64,000 nucleotides of DNA from the human T2T-CHM13v2.0 reference genome, Homo sapiens, in the NCBI RefSeq assembly GCF_009914755.1, contig NC_060932.1; one strand, given 5' to 3'. A program made the position numbers and the translations under genes. The notes under the pieces are model-generated. The model made no database searches. It was not told the origin of the DNA and was given only the letters and a program-made list of their open reading frames with translations. This document shows, piece after piece, positions 30,263 to 46,936 of this stretch (positions are counted from its first letter, which is position 1; each line of letters begins with the position of its first letter).

Positions 30263-31950
30263 AAATGATAAGTCTCTTCTCTCCTACTGTTTTCAAGATT
30301 TACTCTTTGGCTTTGGATTTGAGCCATTTGGTTATGATATGTCTTCGGGTGGTTTCTTTCAGTTTATCCATCTAGAGTACATTGAGCTTATTGTACATGT
30401 AGGTTAAATTTTTTATAAAATTTGGTAAGCATTAGACAATTATATCTTCAAATATATTTTCTGTACCTTTCTCTCTCTCTTTTCTTTTTGGAACTTCCAT
30501 TATGCATATGTTGATATCTTGATGGTGTTCCACAGGTCTATTAGGCTCCATTTATTATCCTTCATTCTTTTCTCTGAGATTTTCCCTAACTGGATAATCT
30601 CAATTGACCTATTTTCATGTTCACTAATTTTTTGTACCTCCTCAAATCTGCTGTTTAGCCCTCTAGAGTATTTTTCATTTCCATTATTTTATCTTTCAAC
30701 TCCAGAATTTCTATTTGGTTTCTTTTTAAAAGAACATTATAAAATAAATAATTTTTTTAAAAAAAAATTATTGATAGCCTCTATTTTGTGAGATATCATT
30801 CTCATGTTTTTTTTTTAAATTGTCTCTTGTTGATATTCTCTATTTTTGTGAGATATCATTCTCATGTTTCTCTTTAGTTCCTTAGGTGCCGTTTCCTTTA
30901 GCTCTTTGAACATATCTAAAATAGTTGATTTAAAGTCTGTTTCTATTAAAGCCAATGTCTGGCTCTCCTCGGGATAGATTTCATTAACTGCATGTTTTCT
31001 TTTCCATGTGCCATACTTTCTTGGGTTTTTTCTTTTTGCATGTCTCATACTTTTTTTGAATACCAGACATTTTAAACATGATAATGTGGCCACTCTAGAA
31101 ATAAGATTCTCCGTCCTCCCCACGTTGTACTCCTCATTGTAGTTATTTGTTTGTTCAGTATCTTTTCTGAATAAACTTTTTGGTCTCTATTTTTTGTCAC
31201 CTATGTCGATTAAAATATTTTTTCCATTAGCTTAGAGGTCAGCTAATAATTTGACAAAGATTTCCATATGTGTTTGGAACTTGCAGAGGGGCTTTGTGTA
31301 TGTGTTGGGCCCTGCTTTCAACACTCAGCCACAGATTACAACTCTGCCTTGGCCTACACTTTCTGCTTGTGCAGGGAAGGTAGAAATTTCCCAGGTTTTT
31401 ACTAAACATGCACACAGCCTTGACATACACAGTTTTGCAAATTCTCAGAAATATGTTGAAGCTTTTCAAAGCCCACATTCCCCAAAGCATCTCATTCCCA
31501 GGACTTCCTCTGAAGACTTTTGTTTAGTCTATTGTTTTCCCCAGTGTTCAGGCGGCAGTATTTATAATGTTTTTCTGTAAATGTTTTCTAATACCGCCCC
31601 ACACCAAGTAGCAGCTTTACCACTGCGTGAGGTCCAGGTTAGGTGAAAAAACAAGGCTTCTGAGAATATATTCCAGGGAGTCAACAGGCAGACCAATTTT
31701 TCATGAATGAGGTCCATTCTGTTTCTTCTGGCATTGGTGTTAAGAATCTGGGCATTATTTTCAAGCCTGCTGCTTCTCTGTGAAGAATGGAAACAGGGTA
31801 AGTTAAAAACCACAAATCGATGTTCTTACTGAGACCAGATATTTTGCTAGAATTAGTACTCCCTAGATTGCTGAAAACCTTAGGTTAGTTTTCAGAGTTC
31901 TAAAAAGCTTTATGTTGACAGTTGTTGCCAGTTTTATCGCATATTTTATA
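30263..31950 (-). mobile_element. Old L1M ORF1/5' region (continues the L1M to the left)
   Basis: ORF 30815-31123 PEESQTLALIETDFKSTILDMFKELKE is ORF1p-like. Confidence 0.7.
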
Positions 31951-32469
31951 AAGAGATAAAATTTTGAACATTTTTATTCCACTTTTGCTGATGTCACTAT
32001 ACCACAACCTTTTTATTATACTCTTTGTACCGTATAAGTTATTCATTATACTATTATTATTACTTATTAGTCACAACAATTCCCAATATTGAAAATGAAG
32101 GACAATAAAATTCTGGCAATTTTATTCAAGAGCATAATGGATTGAACCATGTAAAACTGACATTTTTGAAACTGAAAAAAAAGTTATAGCTACTGTGGCA
32201 CATTGCATTTTTCAAAAATGCATTTCCAAAAATTGTAGTTTTCTAAAAACATATATTCCATCCCACAAGATCTTTTTATAATGTAACATTGATACTCCTC
32301 CACTGAGAGGTGAAGTCTGTGTTCCCTCTGCTTGATCTGAGGCAAACCTTTGTAACTGCCTTAACTAATAAATACAGTGCAGATGATGCTTTCTGACTTC
32401 TCAGGCTACATAATAAAAGGTTATATGACTTCTGTTTGTATCTCAGTCTTCAGAACCACTAGTTGAAAG

Positions 32470-34756
<2,287 letters not shown>

Positions 34757-35597
34757 GAGTTACATATACAAGAATGAGGGCATAAAAAAAAAAAGGACTT
34801 TACTTAGCACCTTTGTCAAAATCATTAAGCATGGATAAATATATATGGTCTTACCCATATGCAGACCATTCATATGATGGTCGTATCCTTGACTCTCTAT
34901 TATGTTCTGTTGAACTATATGTCTCTTCTTATTTCAGTATCACAGTGTCTTCGTTATTGTAGCTTTGTCTTGAAACAAGGTAGTCTAAATTCTCTGGCTT
35001 TGTTCTACTTTTCAAAAAATCTTTTGAATATTAGTCTTTTGGAACATTTATTCAAACCTAAAATTATTAAGGCATAAATTATTAATGAGGAAATAAATTA
35101 GCAAATGCTCATAAATACATCAACTAACATGAAAATGATCAAAAGTAGTCAAATAAAAGCTATATAAAAGTTATATATATATGCATATATAATTTTTCAG
35201 AAAAGACTGACACCATATATGAAAGTTTACAAATTTAAAAAAATATCAATTCAAGGAAATATGCCAATAAGGAATTGAACAGAAGGTAAATTTGTTTTGG
35301 GTAAGTTGGATGTTGGTCAATTGATTCTTGATTAAAGCATGCTCTTAAGCTTTCAATATTTTGTTGCTATGTGGTGGGTTAGGGTGAAAGGTTAGGGGAA
35401 TCTCTTTAAGCTGTAGGCTCAGAGTCTTTTGAGAGGAGCTGCGCACTTTACTCTGTCTTTTATCTTTCAACTCTCCTGATCTTGCTTGTCTTGTTGTATG
35501 AGATAATTATACAAAGGATCAATAACGATGAAAAAATATTTGTTTTCAATGTGAATTAAATGTATCCACCTTTCGGATGTGATTAAGAACACCTCAG

Positions 35598-35898
35598 GGC
35601 CGGGCGCAGCGGCTCACGCCTTGTAATCCCAGCACTTTGGGAGGCCGAGGTGGGCGGATCACGAGGTCAGGAGATGGAGACCATCCTGGCTAACATGGTG
35701 AAACCCCGTCTCTACTAAAAACACAAAAAATTAGCCGGGCGTGGTGGTGGGCGCCTGTAGTTCCAGCTACTGGGGAGGCTGAGGTAGGAGAATGGCGTGA
35801 ACCTGGGAGGCGGAGCTTGAGTGAGCCGAGATCGCGCCACGGCACTCCAGCCTGCAACCTGGGCGACAGAGCGAGACTCCGTCTCAAAAAAAAAAAAA
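35598..35898 (+). mobile_element. AluY SINE upstream of DEFB130
   Basis: CpG-rich young Alu; TSD AAGAACACCTCA at 35585-35596 and 35899-35910. Confidence 0.95.
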
Positions 35899-36036
35899 AA
35901 GAACACCTCACACAAGTGACAGCCTTTCTTTTAAGGACTAACTTAGTTAAAAAAATAATAATAAATAAGAAAAACATAGCTTTTCATAAATGCACCTTAG
36001 ACAATACTCTTGTCCCTCTTGCAAAAAAACAACTAC

Positions 36037-36067
<31 letters not shown>

Positions 36068-36373
36068 AAACAGTGTATTATGGAAATGTTTCCTTACAAG
36101 CCCTAGGACTTTTGCAGTAAGGATGTTCTGTACCCACATGGCTTTACTTCTTAGCCCCATTCAAAAAAGAAAATTAACTACAGGTATTAATTAACCTCTG
36201 GTGAAATTGAGAGCCATAGGAAAAGGAAAGGGTTAGCCATCTGGTTTCCTATAATTAGGTTAATTTGTCACAAAATTTAGAGACCTTCGAGTTTGGAAGT
36301 ATTCCAACGGAAGCTGTTTTATGTCCTTTCTGTTAAGCTTCACTGAGCAAGAGGAACCTCAGGCCCCCAGAAT

Positions 36374-36382
36374 TAAATAAAA
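36374..36382 (+). promoter_or_regulatory. TATA-like element of DEFB130
   Basis: TAAATAAAA about 55-60 nt upstream of the ATG. Confidence 0.45.
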
Positions 36383-36434
36383 CCCCTGTGTTCCACCAGC
36401 CCTGATCACTCACCTCTCTATTGGGCACTCAACC

Positions 36435-36492
36435 ATGAAACTCCATTCCCTTATTTCTGTTCTCCTCCTCTTTGTGACTTTAATACCAAAAG
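36435..36492 (+). CDS. DEFB130: Beta-defensin 130 exon 1 (signal peptide)
   Basis: accATG MKLHSLISVLLLFVTLIPK; 58-nt phase-1 exon with strong donor AAG|GTAAGA. Confidence 0.96.
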
Positions 36493-37307
36493 GTAAGATG
36501 GTGAATGATTGTAGAAGTCTATTGGGACGCCTAGACCGGAAGAGGTCTACTGAGATAATTATGCTGTGGCCATCCGAACTCAGACCCCAATTCACAGCCT
36601 TAGGAATTCAGAAATCCACCATGTTTCTCTTCTTTGGTACTAATGAGGCCACAATTGAGAAGCAGGACAAGGAGTTCTTTCAACAGAAAATGGGGGTTCA
36701 AGAGCTCGATAATTAGAAAATGGGGCCGAAATAGAGTTAGGGGTATAGAAGCTCTGATATGTGATTTAAAGGTTAGTAAATAAAGCAAACAGCTATCATC
36801 AAGGCTTCACTCTCCAAAAAGGAGAGTGAAGATGATAGTTCTTGATTCCAACTCGGTAGTGGATGGAAGTGATGTTGAGTCTATTGGTGAGGAATATTTG
36901 TGAAGGGTAGCAGTTAGGCAAATAAGACAGAGTTCAACAAGAAAATTTTGCATCAAATTATAAAAGACCAATAGAAATTTGGGAACAAGGGAATTGGGAA
37001 AAGAATAAACAGTGGCATGAAGCTTTAATGGCAAAATTTTAAGCATAAGACAAATAGTACAGAAAACCCTTCAAGACTCATAGTTGCATCCTTAGGGTCC
37101 ACGATTCAGAAGTTTAAATATCGAAATGTAGAATCAAACTGAAAAGGGAATATAGAATCAAACATCTTCAGGGTGTTTCATCCAGATCCTGATAAGATAT
37201 GATAAAATTATTATCTCCACTGTTAATAGTGGGATGTTCATAGCCCCCAAAATAAAGTGTGTGGTCAATGAGCAAAGATCTCTTCCTCCCTTTATCTCTG
37301 AGATTAT

Positions 37308-39350
37308 TTTTTAAATAATTTCAACTTATATTGTAGATTCAGGGGGTACATGTGCACGTTTGTTATGTTGGTATATTTTGTGATGTGAGGTTTGGGGCAT
37401 GATGGTAATCCCATCACTCATGTAGTGAGCATAGTACCAAATAGTTTTTCAATCCTTGTTTTCCTCCCTCCCCACTCTAGTAGTCTCCCATGTCCCATCT
37501 TTATGTCCATGAGTATCCAGTGTTTAGCTCCCACTTACAAGTGAGAACATGCAGTATTTGGTTTTCTATTTCTGCATTAATTTGCAGTCCTCCAGCTCAT
37601 CCATGTTGCTACAAAGTATATGATTTTGTTCCTTTTTATGGCTTCATAGTATTCCATGGTCTATATGTACCACATTTTCTTTATCCAGTCCACCATTGAT
37701 GAGCACCTGGGTTGATTCTTTGTCTTTACTATTGTGAGTAGTTCTGGGATGAACATAGGAGTGCAGGTATGTTTTGGGTAGAATTATTTGTTTTCTTTTG
37801 GACGATATACCCAGTAGGAATTGCTGGGTGGAATGGTAGCTCTGTTTTAAGTTCTTTGAGAAATCTTCAGACTGTTACATTCCCACCAACAGTGTATAAG
37901 CACTCCTTTTCTCCACAGCCTCATCTGCGTTTCTGTTATTTTTTAACTTTTTAATAATAGCCATTCTCACTGGTGTAAGATAGTTCTCATTGTGGTTTTG
38001 ATTTGCATTGCTCTAGTGATTAGTGGTGTTGAGCTACTTTTCATGTTTGCTGGCTGCTTCTATTATCTTTTTTTGAGAAGAGTCTGTTCATGTTTTTCAT
38101 GTCTTTTCCCCACTTTATTTATTTTTTGCTTGTTGATTTAAATTCCCTGTAGATTCCGGATATTAAATTTTTGTCAGATGCATAGTTAGCAGATATTTTC
38201 TCCCATTCTGTTGTTTTCTGTTTACCCTGTTAATAGTTTCTTTTTCTCTGCAGAAGCTCTTTAGTTTAATTCGGCTCTACTTGTCAACTTTTGTTTTTGT
38301 TGCAATTGCTTTTGAGTACTTAGTCATAAATTATTCCCCAAGGCCAATATCTACAATGGTGTTTCTTAGATTTTCTTCTAGGAGTCTTATAGTTTGAGGT
38401 CTTACATTTAAATATTTAATTCGTCATGAGTTAATTTTTTGTATATGGTGAAAGATAGGCATCCAGTTTTATTCTTCTGCTTGTGGCTGGCCAGCTATCC
38501 CAGCACCATTTATTGAACAGGGAGTCCTTTTCCCGTTGTTTATTTTTGTCAACTGTGTCAAAGAGCAGATGGTTATAAATGTGCAGCTTTATTTCTGGGT
38601 TCTCTATTCTGTTGAAGTGGTTCATGTGTCTGCTTTTGTACCAGTCCCATGCCATTTTAGTTACTGTGGCCTTATAGTATAATTTGGAGGCAAGTAGGAT
38701 GATGCCTCCAGTGTTGCTCTTTTTGCTTAGGATTAGTTTGGTTGTCTGAGTTCTTTTATGGTTTCATATGAGTTTTAGAATAGTTTTTTCTATTCTGTGA
38801 AAAATGTCATTGGTAGTTTGATAGGAATAGCACTGAATCTATAAATTGCTTTGGGCAGTATGGCCATTTTCACAATATTGGTTCTTGCAATCCACAGCAG
38901 GGAATATTTTTCTATTTGTGTTACCTGTGATTGCTTTCAGTAGTGATTTGTAGTGTCACTTGTAGAGATCTTTCACCTCCTTGGTTAAATGTATTCATGG
39001 GTATTTAATTTTTTGTGTGGCTGTTGTAAATGGGATTGCATTCTTGACCTGGCTCTCGGGTTGAACATTGTTGGTGTATAGAAAGGCTACTGATCTTGTA
39101 CATTGATGTTGCATCCTGAAACTTTACTAAAGTTGTCTATCAGGTCCAGGAGGCTTTCAAAGAATCTTTAGAGTTTCTTAAGTGTAGAATAATATCATCT
39201 ATAAAATGAGGTAATTTGATTTCTTCTTTTCCTATTCGGATGCCTTTTATTTCAAAAGGCTGATTGCTCTGGCTCGTATTTCCAGTACTATGTTGATTAG
39301 GATGGTGAGAGGGGGCACTCTTGTTTTGTTCCAGTTCTGAGATTCTTTGA
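37308..39350 (-). mobile_element. 5'-truncated L1 (L1PB4/PREC2-like) in the DEFB130 intron
   Basis: ORF2p fragments in ORFs 38431-38655 and 39140-39361; 3'UTR at the left end. Confidence 0.88.
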
Positions 39351-39811
39351 AGTGCAATCAAAGCTACTCAATTGTTTGATCTTTACCTAATCTGTGGACA
39401 TGTTGAGATCCACCTCACATATGATTGCCTCCTTCTGAAGGAGCTTATGCAATTCTCATTTGGTTCTCAGCTTTGGTCAGAAGATACCATTGAGGTCAGA
39501 TACACTTGTAGTGACATGTGATGTGAAATTATATGATGGTAATAATTTCAAATTAAAATAAAATTTAGTGGCAGTTGTTTTTATTTTAGATAATAAAACC
39601 CATGTACAGATAAAGAATGTGATTTTCCTCCGATCACATAGGTAGTAGCAACATCGCAGCTAAAAGCAAATCTCTTTAATCTGGGTCAATGTTGTTTTTA
39701 ATCAATCCATAGGTGGAGATATGCATACAAAAACGATAACTCTGATTTCTGCCAGACTTTTTTCTCAGAATCTTCTAATTATATATTGTGGAAACTAAGG
39801 AGGTTTTCTAC

Positions 39812-40135
39812 TATATGTGACAACATGGATGAACCTGGAGGACATTATGCTAAATGAAATAAGCCAGTCACAGAAGACAAATAGTGCATGATTGCACTTA
39901 TATGAGGTACCTAAAATAGTCAAACTCATGGAAACAGGTAGCAGAATGGTGCTTTCCAGGGACTGGGGAGGGAGGAGGAAATAGGGAGTTGCTATTTAAT
40001 GAGTAAAAGTTTTCAGTTTTATTAGATGAATAAGCTCTAAATATCAACTGTACAATATTATATCTATAGCACTTAAAAATTTCTTAAGAATGTAGATCTC
40101 ACTTTAAGTGTTACGACCACAATAAAATAAAAGAT
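39812..40135 (+). mobile_element. L1MB/MA 3' end
   Basis: gacaacatggatgaacctggaggacattatgctaaatgaaataagccagtcacag. Confidence 0.8.
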
Positions 40136-42970
40136 GAAGAACAAGAGGTTATTTGAGGTTGAAAGCTGAGTTAATCTCCCCACAAATACGACAAGAATCC
40201 TTCAGAGGCCTGCCTTTCAAGCCGTGACATCTTCCTGGAGGAATAGAAATATCAGCCCTTCTTTCTTCCTTCCAAATCAGCTATACCAGGAAGAAGGATT
40301 AAACAAAGGTCCTATAATTCTGCACAGGAGGGAATCACTTTTGAATAGCCAGGTTTCTTGTGATCAGAGGATATTAAAACCATACATAAAGGTCAAAATA
40401 CCTTAGTTGTGCATATTGAGATGTTCTTGGACACATTATGAAGTGGGACCCAGAACACTCAGGTCGAAAAATAGGAATTTCAATATCAGTTTTGTATGGT
40501 CTCTTAGTACTGAATAGTTAATTGCTGAGCTGTCTATACAATTTAATAACACTGCACTCCAAAAATTCTGATCTTAATCTCTGCTGTGACTGTTGGGCAT
40601 GTAGAATTTATCAGGTGTCTAGAAGCATTCTGATAATCTTAGAAATTTTATAACTCCTATATAACTTTTATGTCATAAAATTTCTTTTAAGAAAAATTGA
40701 GTGGCTAGATCATGAAGAGTTTTGTTAAAGACATTTTTACACCAAAAAAATCCAATTAAGTAAAAAAAGTTATTGTTTTCATGAAAAAATTTCTCCAAAG
40801 AAACTACCTAATCTGAAATATTAGTTTATCAGCTTAATGTCTGATGAATATTAAGTTATAGCTACTTGAATATATGTTTTTATATATCCTTATATTTAAT
40901 CCAAAAAGAATCCATGGTATCCTATAAAAAATTGGAATAGTTCATATAGATTTATATGTACACATAAACATACATATATATGCTGGGAATATGAGTCTAA
41001 AGAGGTTAGAATGGCATAAATCTTGGATTGCTGCATTAGCTCTCTGAGAATTAAGAAAATTATAGCATTCTTCTTACACTGACTGTGGAGAATAACATAA
41101 TATCTAAATACACGACATTGGACAGGAGCAGAAGACAGCCTGAACTCACATTATGTAGAGAAAAGGAAACTGCACTTCTATTTTTTGATTGATAAAGTTC
41201 CAGGCAGATCCTGTTCCATTTAAATCCTCTACATCATCCAAAAAAAAAAAAAAACTTAAAAGTTACTGACTCAATGAGTTCTAATGCTAAGAAAGTTATA
41301 TCCTTTTAGAAAGTAGATGAATGCGCTATTAAGGGTATTTTCCAGTGTGATTCTAAGTCCTTCTCACTGCATCCACAGAAATTAATGTTGTGATATAATA
41401 TGAAGTGAACATCTAAATTGTTTCTTTTTCCAAAGGCACTTATTAAATATGCATCCTTTCCTCAACTGCCGTGTGATATAACCATTATAACATATTAATG
41501 TCAAATAAATTCTAAAGTGTATTAGAGAGTGCCTCTCTTCTTTTGCTCTATATGTATATACTTCTGTCAGTAAGTCTGAAAATAAATGTGAATATCTGGG
41601 AAGAAATTTCCTTCCTCATGAATGAAGAATATGAATCTGAATCTGAATTAAGTAATTTAATCTTATCTTTTTGAGTTAAACTAGTGCCCTCGGCATGACG
41701 ATATGTCACAGTCATCGGTAAAAAGGGAGATTATAATTCTTTGGCTTCATGCTCAAAGCATACCTCCTTAAATTAAGCTTCCCATGTAGCAAGAAGCACA
41801 TCACTGGTAGGATGAATTGTTCCACTCCTTTTGAGTGAAGCAAGGGACATCTCCCAAATAGAGGAATTGGCACTGTCTTAGGCTACATGCTGTGTCAGTA
41901 GGCTGAACTTTACCGTATAGTGGGTTATGCATCCTGCTGAGAGGAAGTTCACTCTTTTGGCTTCAGCTGAAGATTCACATTCCACCTCATTTTGCATGGG
42001 ATGCCTCTAAGTTCACACACATAGGCCTCCTTGATACCATACTCTGCCTCTGACTATATCTTTCCCAGTACTAACACCCCCTGATTTTAGCTTCATTTAA
42101 AAAGTCTGACAGTGTTGCCAGATGTTAAATGTATGGATGAAGTTATCAGGGAAAAGACCAACAGCTAGCAACAGGTCTGCTATGCTTCTGAGCATGAAGC
42201 CTGTGTTCTGTGTAGACAATGCAGTTGAACCAGCACCTTCCACAACTGGCTGGGGAGACTTCAGGTCTCTCTCTGAAAGTCAGCCACTTTCTCTTCCACA
42301 ATAGTCTTGGAAAAAAGAGAGAATATTACAAGATATTGCCCAACTCCCCCATCATGATATTCTCTTGTGCACAGAAACCCTGAGTTTATGAACTGCTAGT
42401 CTGATAGTAGAGTATAATACCAGACTGCACTAGGTTGAAGCTTCTAACAAGAGTGGAAGACAATCTTGCATAGGTTATGAGCACTCAGTTCCAAAAGGTT
42501 GCATTGGTTTTTCTGGCTATGGATCTATTTCTACAGAGTAGAGAAACAATAATGATAGCCTAGTTTAAATACAAAACAATAACAAACAACAACAAAAAGA
42601 TTGAGAGCTGAAACGGCCACCAAACTGTTACTCATCTACAGAAGCAAAGAAGCCAGAGGTAGTATATTAGAGGCCAGTAAAAACAAAATAAGATCCAGGT
42701 GTGTTAACAGGATGGTTCAGGAACTAATGTCTGTTAATGAACATCAGCAAAAGTGTTTTTCTTATATAACATCTGCAGTGATATACAGTAGGAAAAATAA
42801 ACTATGGTTGTGCTGAGAAGGCAAGAGAAAGGATAGTAAGCATAGAGAAAACTACTGAATTAGAGCACACCCTTAGCCATATGCTTCTCAAAAACCAGAT
42901 GAATTAAGAGAACATGTGGATACACTTAAGGGAAAATACCTTTTAGCTCTGTGAGTAATTCTCTGCAGGT

Positions 42971-43010
42971 GTCTGTCTGTCTATCTATCTATCTATCTAT
43001 CTATCTATCC
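42971..43010. repeat. (TCTG)n(TCTA)n tetranucleotide STR in the DEFB130 intron
   Basis: gtctgtctgtctatctatctatct... Confidence 0.9.
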
Positions 43011-43607
43011 ATTCCTCCACCTATCTATGAGGTATTGAGCAACATAGGAAAGGTATTTCTTACATACTTCTGAAATGAGGAAATTAGTTTAGATAAAATC
43101 TCAAGGATTGATAGGCTTTCTATGAAAGGAGATGAAGATATGCACATGAACCATTTGATAGGGATGATGTATGCACAGATGGGTATTTGGAGGGACACAT
43201 ACTTCCTTTGAAACTGTTTCTTAGTGGTGGCATTGTTGGTGTTTGGTGCAAGACAATTCCTTAGGTGAAAAATTTAGCAATGCTGTGCTATCTGCTAAAT
43301 ACCAAAGACACCTTCCCTAGGCATGGTGGCAAGAACAAATGGTCCCACACATTTCAAAATGTACTGCAATAGGGGAGGACAATCCCTTTAAAGGATTTTA
43401 GAAATTGGCCTATTTCCTCCAAGGTGTATATAATCTACAATCTTAGCTCCCTTCCCATAAAAAGGCGCTGTTTCTGTCTGCGGGTCTGATCCTTTCATAT
43501 AGACAATGTTTTCTTTCCTATCCCAAAGCCATTCTTCTGGGGGTTTATTGTTTTATGTATATTTTCAATAGTGAATTAATGATGTTCTTAAATTTCTTCC
43601 TGTGTAG

Positions 43608-43789
43608 GAAAGACTGGCGTTATTCCAGGACAAAAACAGTGTATTGCTTTGAAAGGGGTGTGCAGAGACAAACTATGCAGCACACTAGATGATACCATTG
43701 GTATATGTAATGAAGGAAAAAAATGTTGTAGAAGGTGGTGGATACTTGAGCCCTATCCAACTCCGGTTCCCAAAGGAAAATCTCCTTAG
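43608..43789 (+). CDS. DEFB130: Beta-defensin 130 exon 2 (mature peptide)
   Basis: Acceptor tttcttcctgtgtAG; (G)KTGVIPGQKQCIALKGVCRDKLCSTLDDTIGICNEGKKCCRRWWILEPYPTPVPKGKSP*; six-Cys motif, 79 aa in total; A versus B copy not resolvable. Confidence 0.97.
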
Positions 43790-43884
43790 GTGGGAGCAAA
43801 CGTTAAGCCCTTTGAACTCCAGAATGGATGGATAAATTTTGCAGACTCCTGCTTAACCCAATTCCTTATTCTTCCTTGACTGGA

Positions 43885-43890
43885 AATAAA
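43885..43890 (+). terminator. Poly(A) signal of DEFB130
   Basis: AATAAA 96 nt after TAG, followed by GT-rich sequence. Confidence 0.6.
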
Positions 43891-45233
43891 TGTTGTCCTA
43901 ATCCCATGTGTACTGACTGCCTCCTGGAGCATTTCTTCTTGATGCACATGCAAGCCTCTTAAGAACTATAGGAATAAAATAAATAACAGAAGAATCTCAT
44001 ACCCTATAGGTACTTATAAAAAAATGTTTCTAAGAAAAAAAAGATAAAAATATTAAATACGTAAAACAATAAGAATATGAAGTATCAGTAGGCAGTGTTT
44101 GATTATTTGAAGTGCAATGTCAGTCTGCTTCCTCATCCAGTTCTGAACAAATATCATTTTCATTACTAATAGAGACCTACTTAGATAATATGGGTTAAAG
44201 CCTGCTAATCATGTGACCTTGCTAACATTGCACCTGAGAATTAGGCGCATGACCATTCCAGTCATACCAGCACTTGAAGCAGATCTCCCCTCTGCTGCCC
44301 CCTGCCCCTAGAGAAGTAGAAAAGAAGACCCGCTTTCTACAAGTAGGCTCACTAGGAGGAGCTGTAGAGCTGAAGAGTGGCTAACTTATCATGCCTGGTT
44401 CTTTCCAAACTCTCCATCAGATAAGTCCATTTCCTGGGGCCAAGAAAATTAAAGGGCAGGGAGGATACCAGGAGTATGACATGGCATGAGTGTCACAAAG
44501 ATGGAAAACATCTAGAATGAGGCCAAATTACCTCACAAACAAAATTCAAGGGTTTGTATTTTTTTAACCACAGAGCTTATGGTCAATGAATCAGGGGAGG
44601 ATGGGTTATCTCCCTATGCAGAGGAGATGTCAGGAGTCTATTAAAATAACTCAAATCTCATCTTCATGGATCTGTTTCTTCAATACTAGTCATTAATTTT
44701 TCTATATCTTCTCAGAATCACTCATGAACGGCATGTTACTCTGAGATCAGATTCTAAGCTAATCTCAGAATAATACACTAATACAATTTTTACCATATAC
44801 ATTTTACACATAGCTGAAAATTTACATCCTCTCTTCTTTGCCATCTTAAGTTATGTGCCACTACATTATCCAGTGTAGCACATTAGAGATTCTTTGATAA
44901 TTAAATGACATTAAGAGACTTTAAAAGTCATAAATACCCTCCTATATTAAAATGCTAAAAAAGAAAAACTTCCCACATTTGAATATAAACAAGTGTTCTT
45001 ATAAAATTTCTAGGCATAAATTGAAGTTCAAAGATTGAATCTCTTCTATCTCTATGTTAAAGCCCAAAGACATTAGAATCCAAATGAATTACTGCCTGAA
45101 ATTATCTTCCCCTTGTTAAGTCCAAATTTTTCTATTAAATGTAAGCAAAAAAAAAAAAAAAAAAAGTCATCACCCATTTCTTATTCTCCGTCTTAGTGAA
45201 ATAGTGAAAGTTTCTTCAGAGACTTGACATTGA

Positions 45234-45562
<329 letters not shown>

Positions 45563-45850
45563 AGAACGTTCTTTATATCTGGGCAAGAAGAAAAAACAGG
45601 TAAGGGAAATGAAAAACATAAGGAACAAACAGAATCAGTCCAGAAAGTCTAATTTCTTTTTTTTTTAAGTGAAAGTTTATTAAGAAAGTAAAGGAATAAA
45701 AGAATGGGTATTCCATAGGCAGAGGAGCCTCTAATTTCTAATTCTGATTGTTTTTCTTAATTTTCTTTCGGATAATACTCTCGATTTTACCATACAGTAT
45801 TGGCCATTTACTAAAGAAGTTCAGTGACAGATAATACAATATAAAGTAGA

Positions 45851-46090
45851 GCAATGTGTCTGATCTCCAGCACTGTCAACATTTTGAGAAGAACAATTTT
45901 TTTTTTTTTTTTTTTTTTGCTGTGGGGAGCTTTCCTGTATATTGTAGGATGTTTAGCAGCCTCTCTTGCCTCTAAAACATTTCTCCCACCTGTGACCAAA
46001 AAATAAATAACTAAACAAACAAACAAATAAAAATCTCTAACATTACTAAAAGTCCTCTGAGGGCAACATTGTCCCTAGTTGAAAACCACT
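45851..46090. mobile_element. MER20 hAT DNA transposon
   Basis: ttgtaggatgtttagcagc ... ccctagttgaaaaccact. Confidence 0.75.
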
Positions 46091-46621
46091 ATAGTAAAGA
46101 AATTATCAGTTAAAGGTGAAAGTAAATAGGAGTTAGAAAATTCAATCAAGTAGAGATCTTTGCCTGTAAACTTTCAAAAAGTAGGACAGCTTCACATATA
46201 AAATAATAGATAAGAAAAGTCTTCTGACAATCCAAAGATGAATTATATCTCTTTATCTGAAACATATAGATCTAGAGATAACCCCTTTGGTTTTTTTACT
46301 GCTGTGCTAGTTGTTATAAATACCTGACCATATCTTAACCATTGAGATTTTAGGGCAATATTGCTCTGATATCTCATCCAGAGGTGCAGAAATCCACGTT
46401 TTAGGGACATTTAAAAGATTTCTGGGAAAAGGCTGTCTGTGCCTTTTGATAATAAGACTGGGTGAATTACATGCAATCTGTTGGAGTACTTGACTATATC
46501 TTCTGGAGAAGGCCATGTTTACTGTATACAATGATATGATTCTGTGCATGGAACATATTATATTGATACTAATTTATGAGGGCATAGTTGATAAACCCCA
46601 AAGGAATTAATTTTACTGTTA

Positions 46622-46936
<315 letters not shown>

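Noticed and set aside
30780-30869. ~30-bp direct repeat (tctattttgtgagatatcattctcatgttt) 59 bp apart
   Set aside because: Small slippage duplication inside an old L1; no functional signal.
36493-36716. 93-aa ORF extending DEFB130 exon 1
   Set aside because: Strong AAG|GTAAGA donor; the extension has no defensin motif.
41780-41920. TGT...TGCTGT pattern suggesting a decayed extra defensin exon in the DEFB130 intron
   Set aside because: Cysteine spacing and frame do not fit the six-Cys motif, and there is no convincing acceptor.
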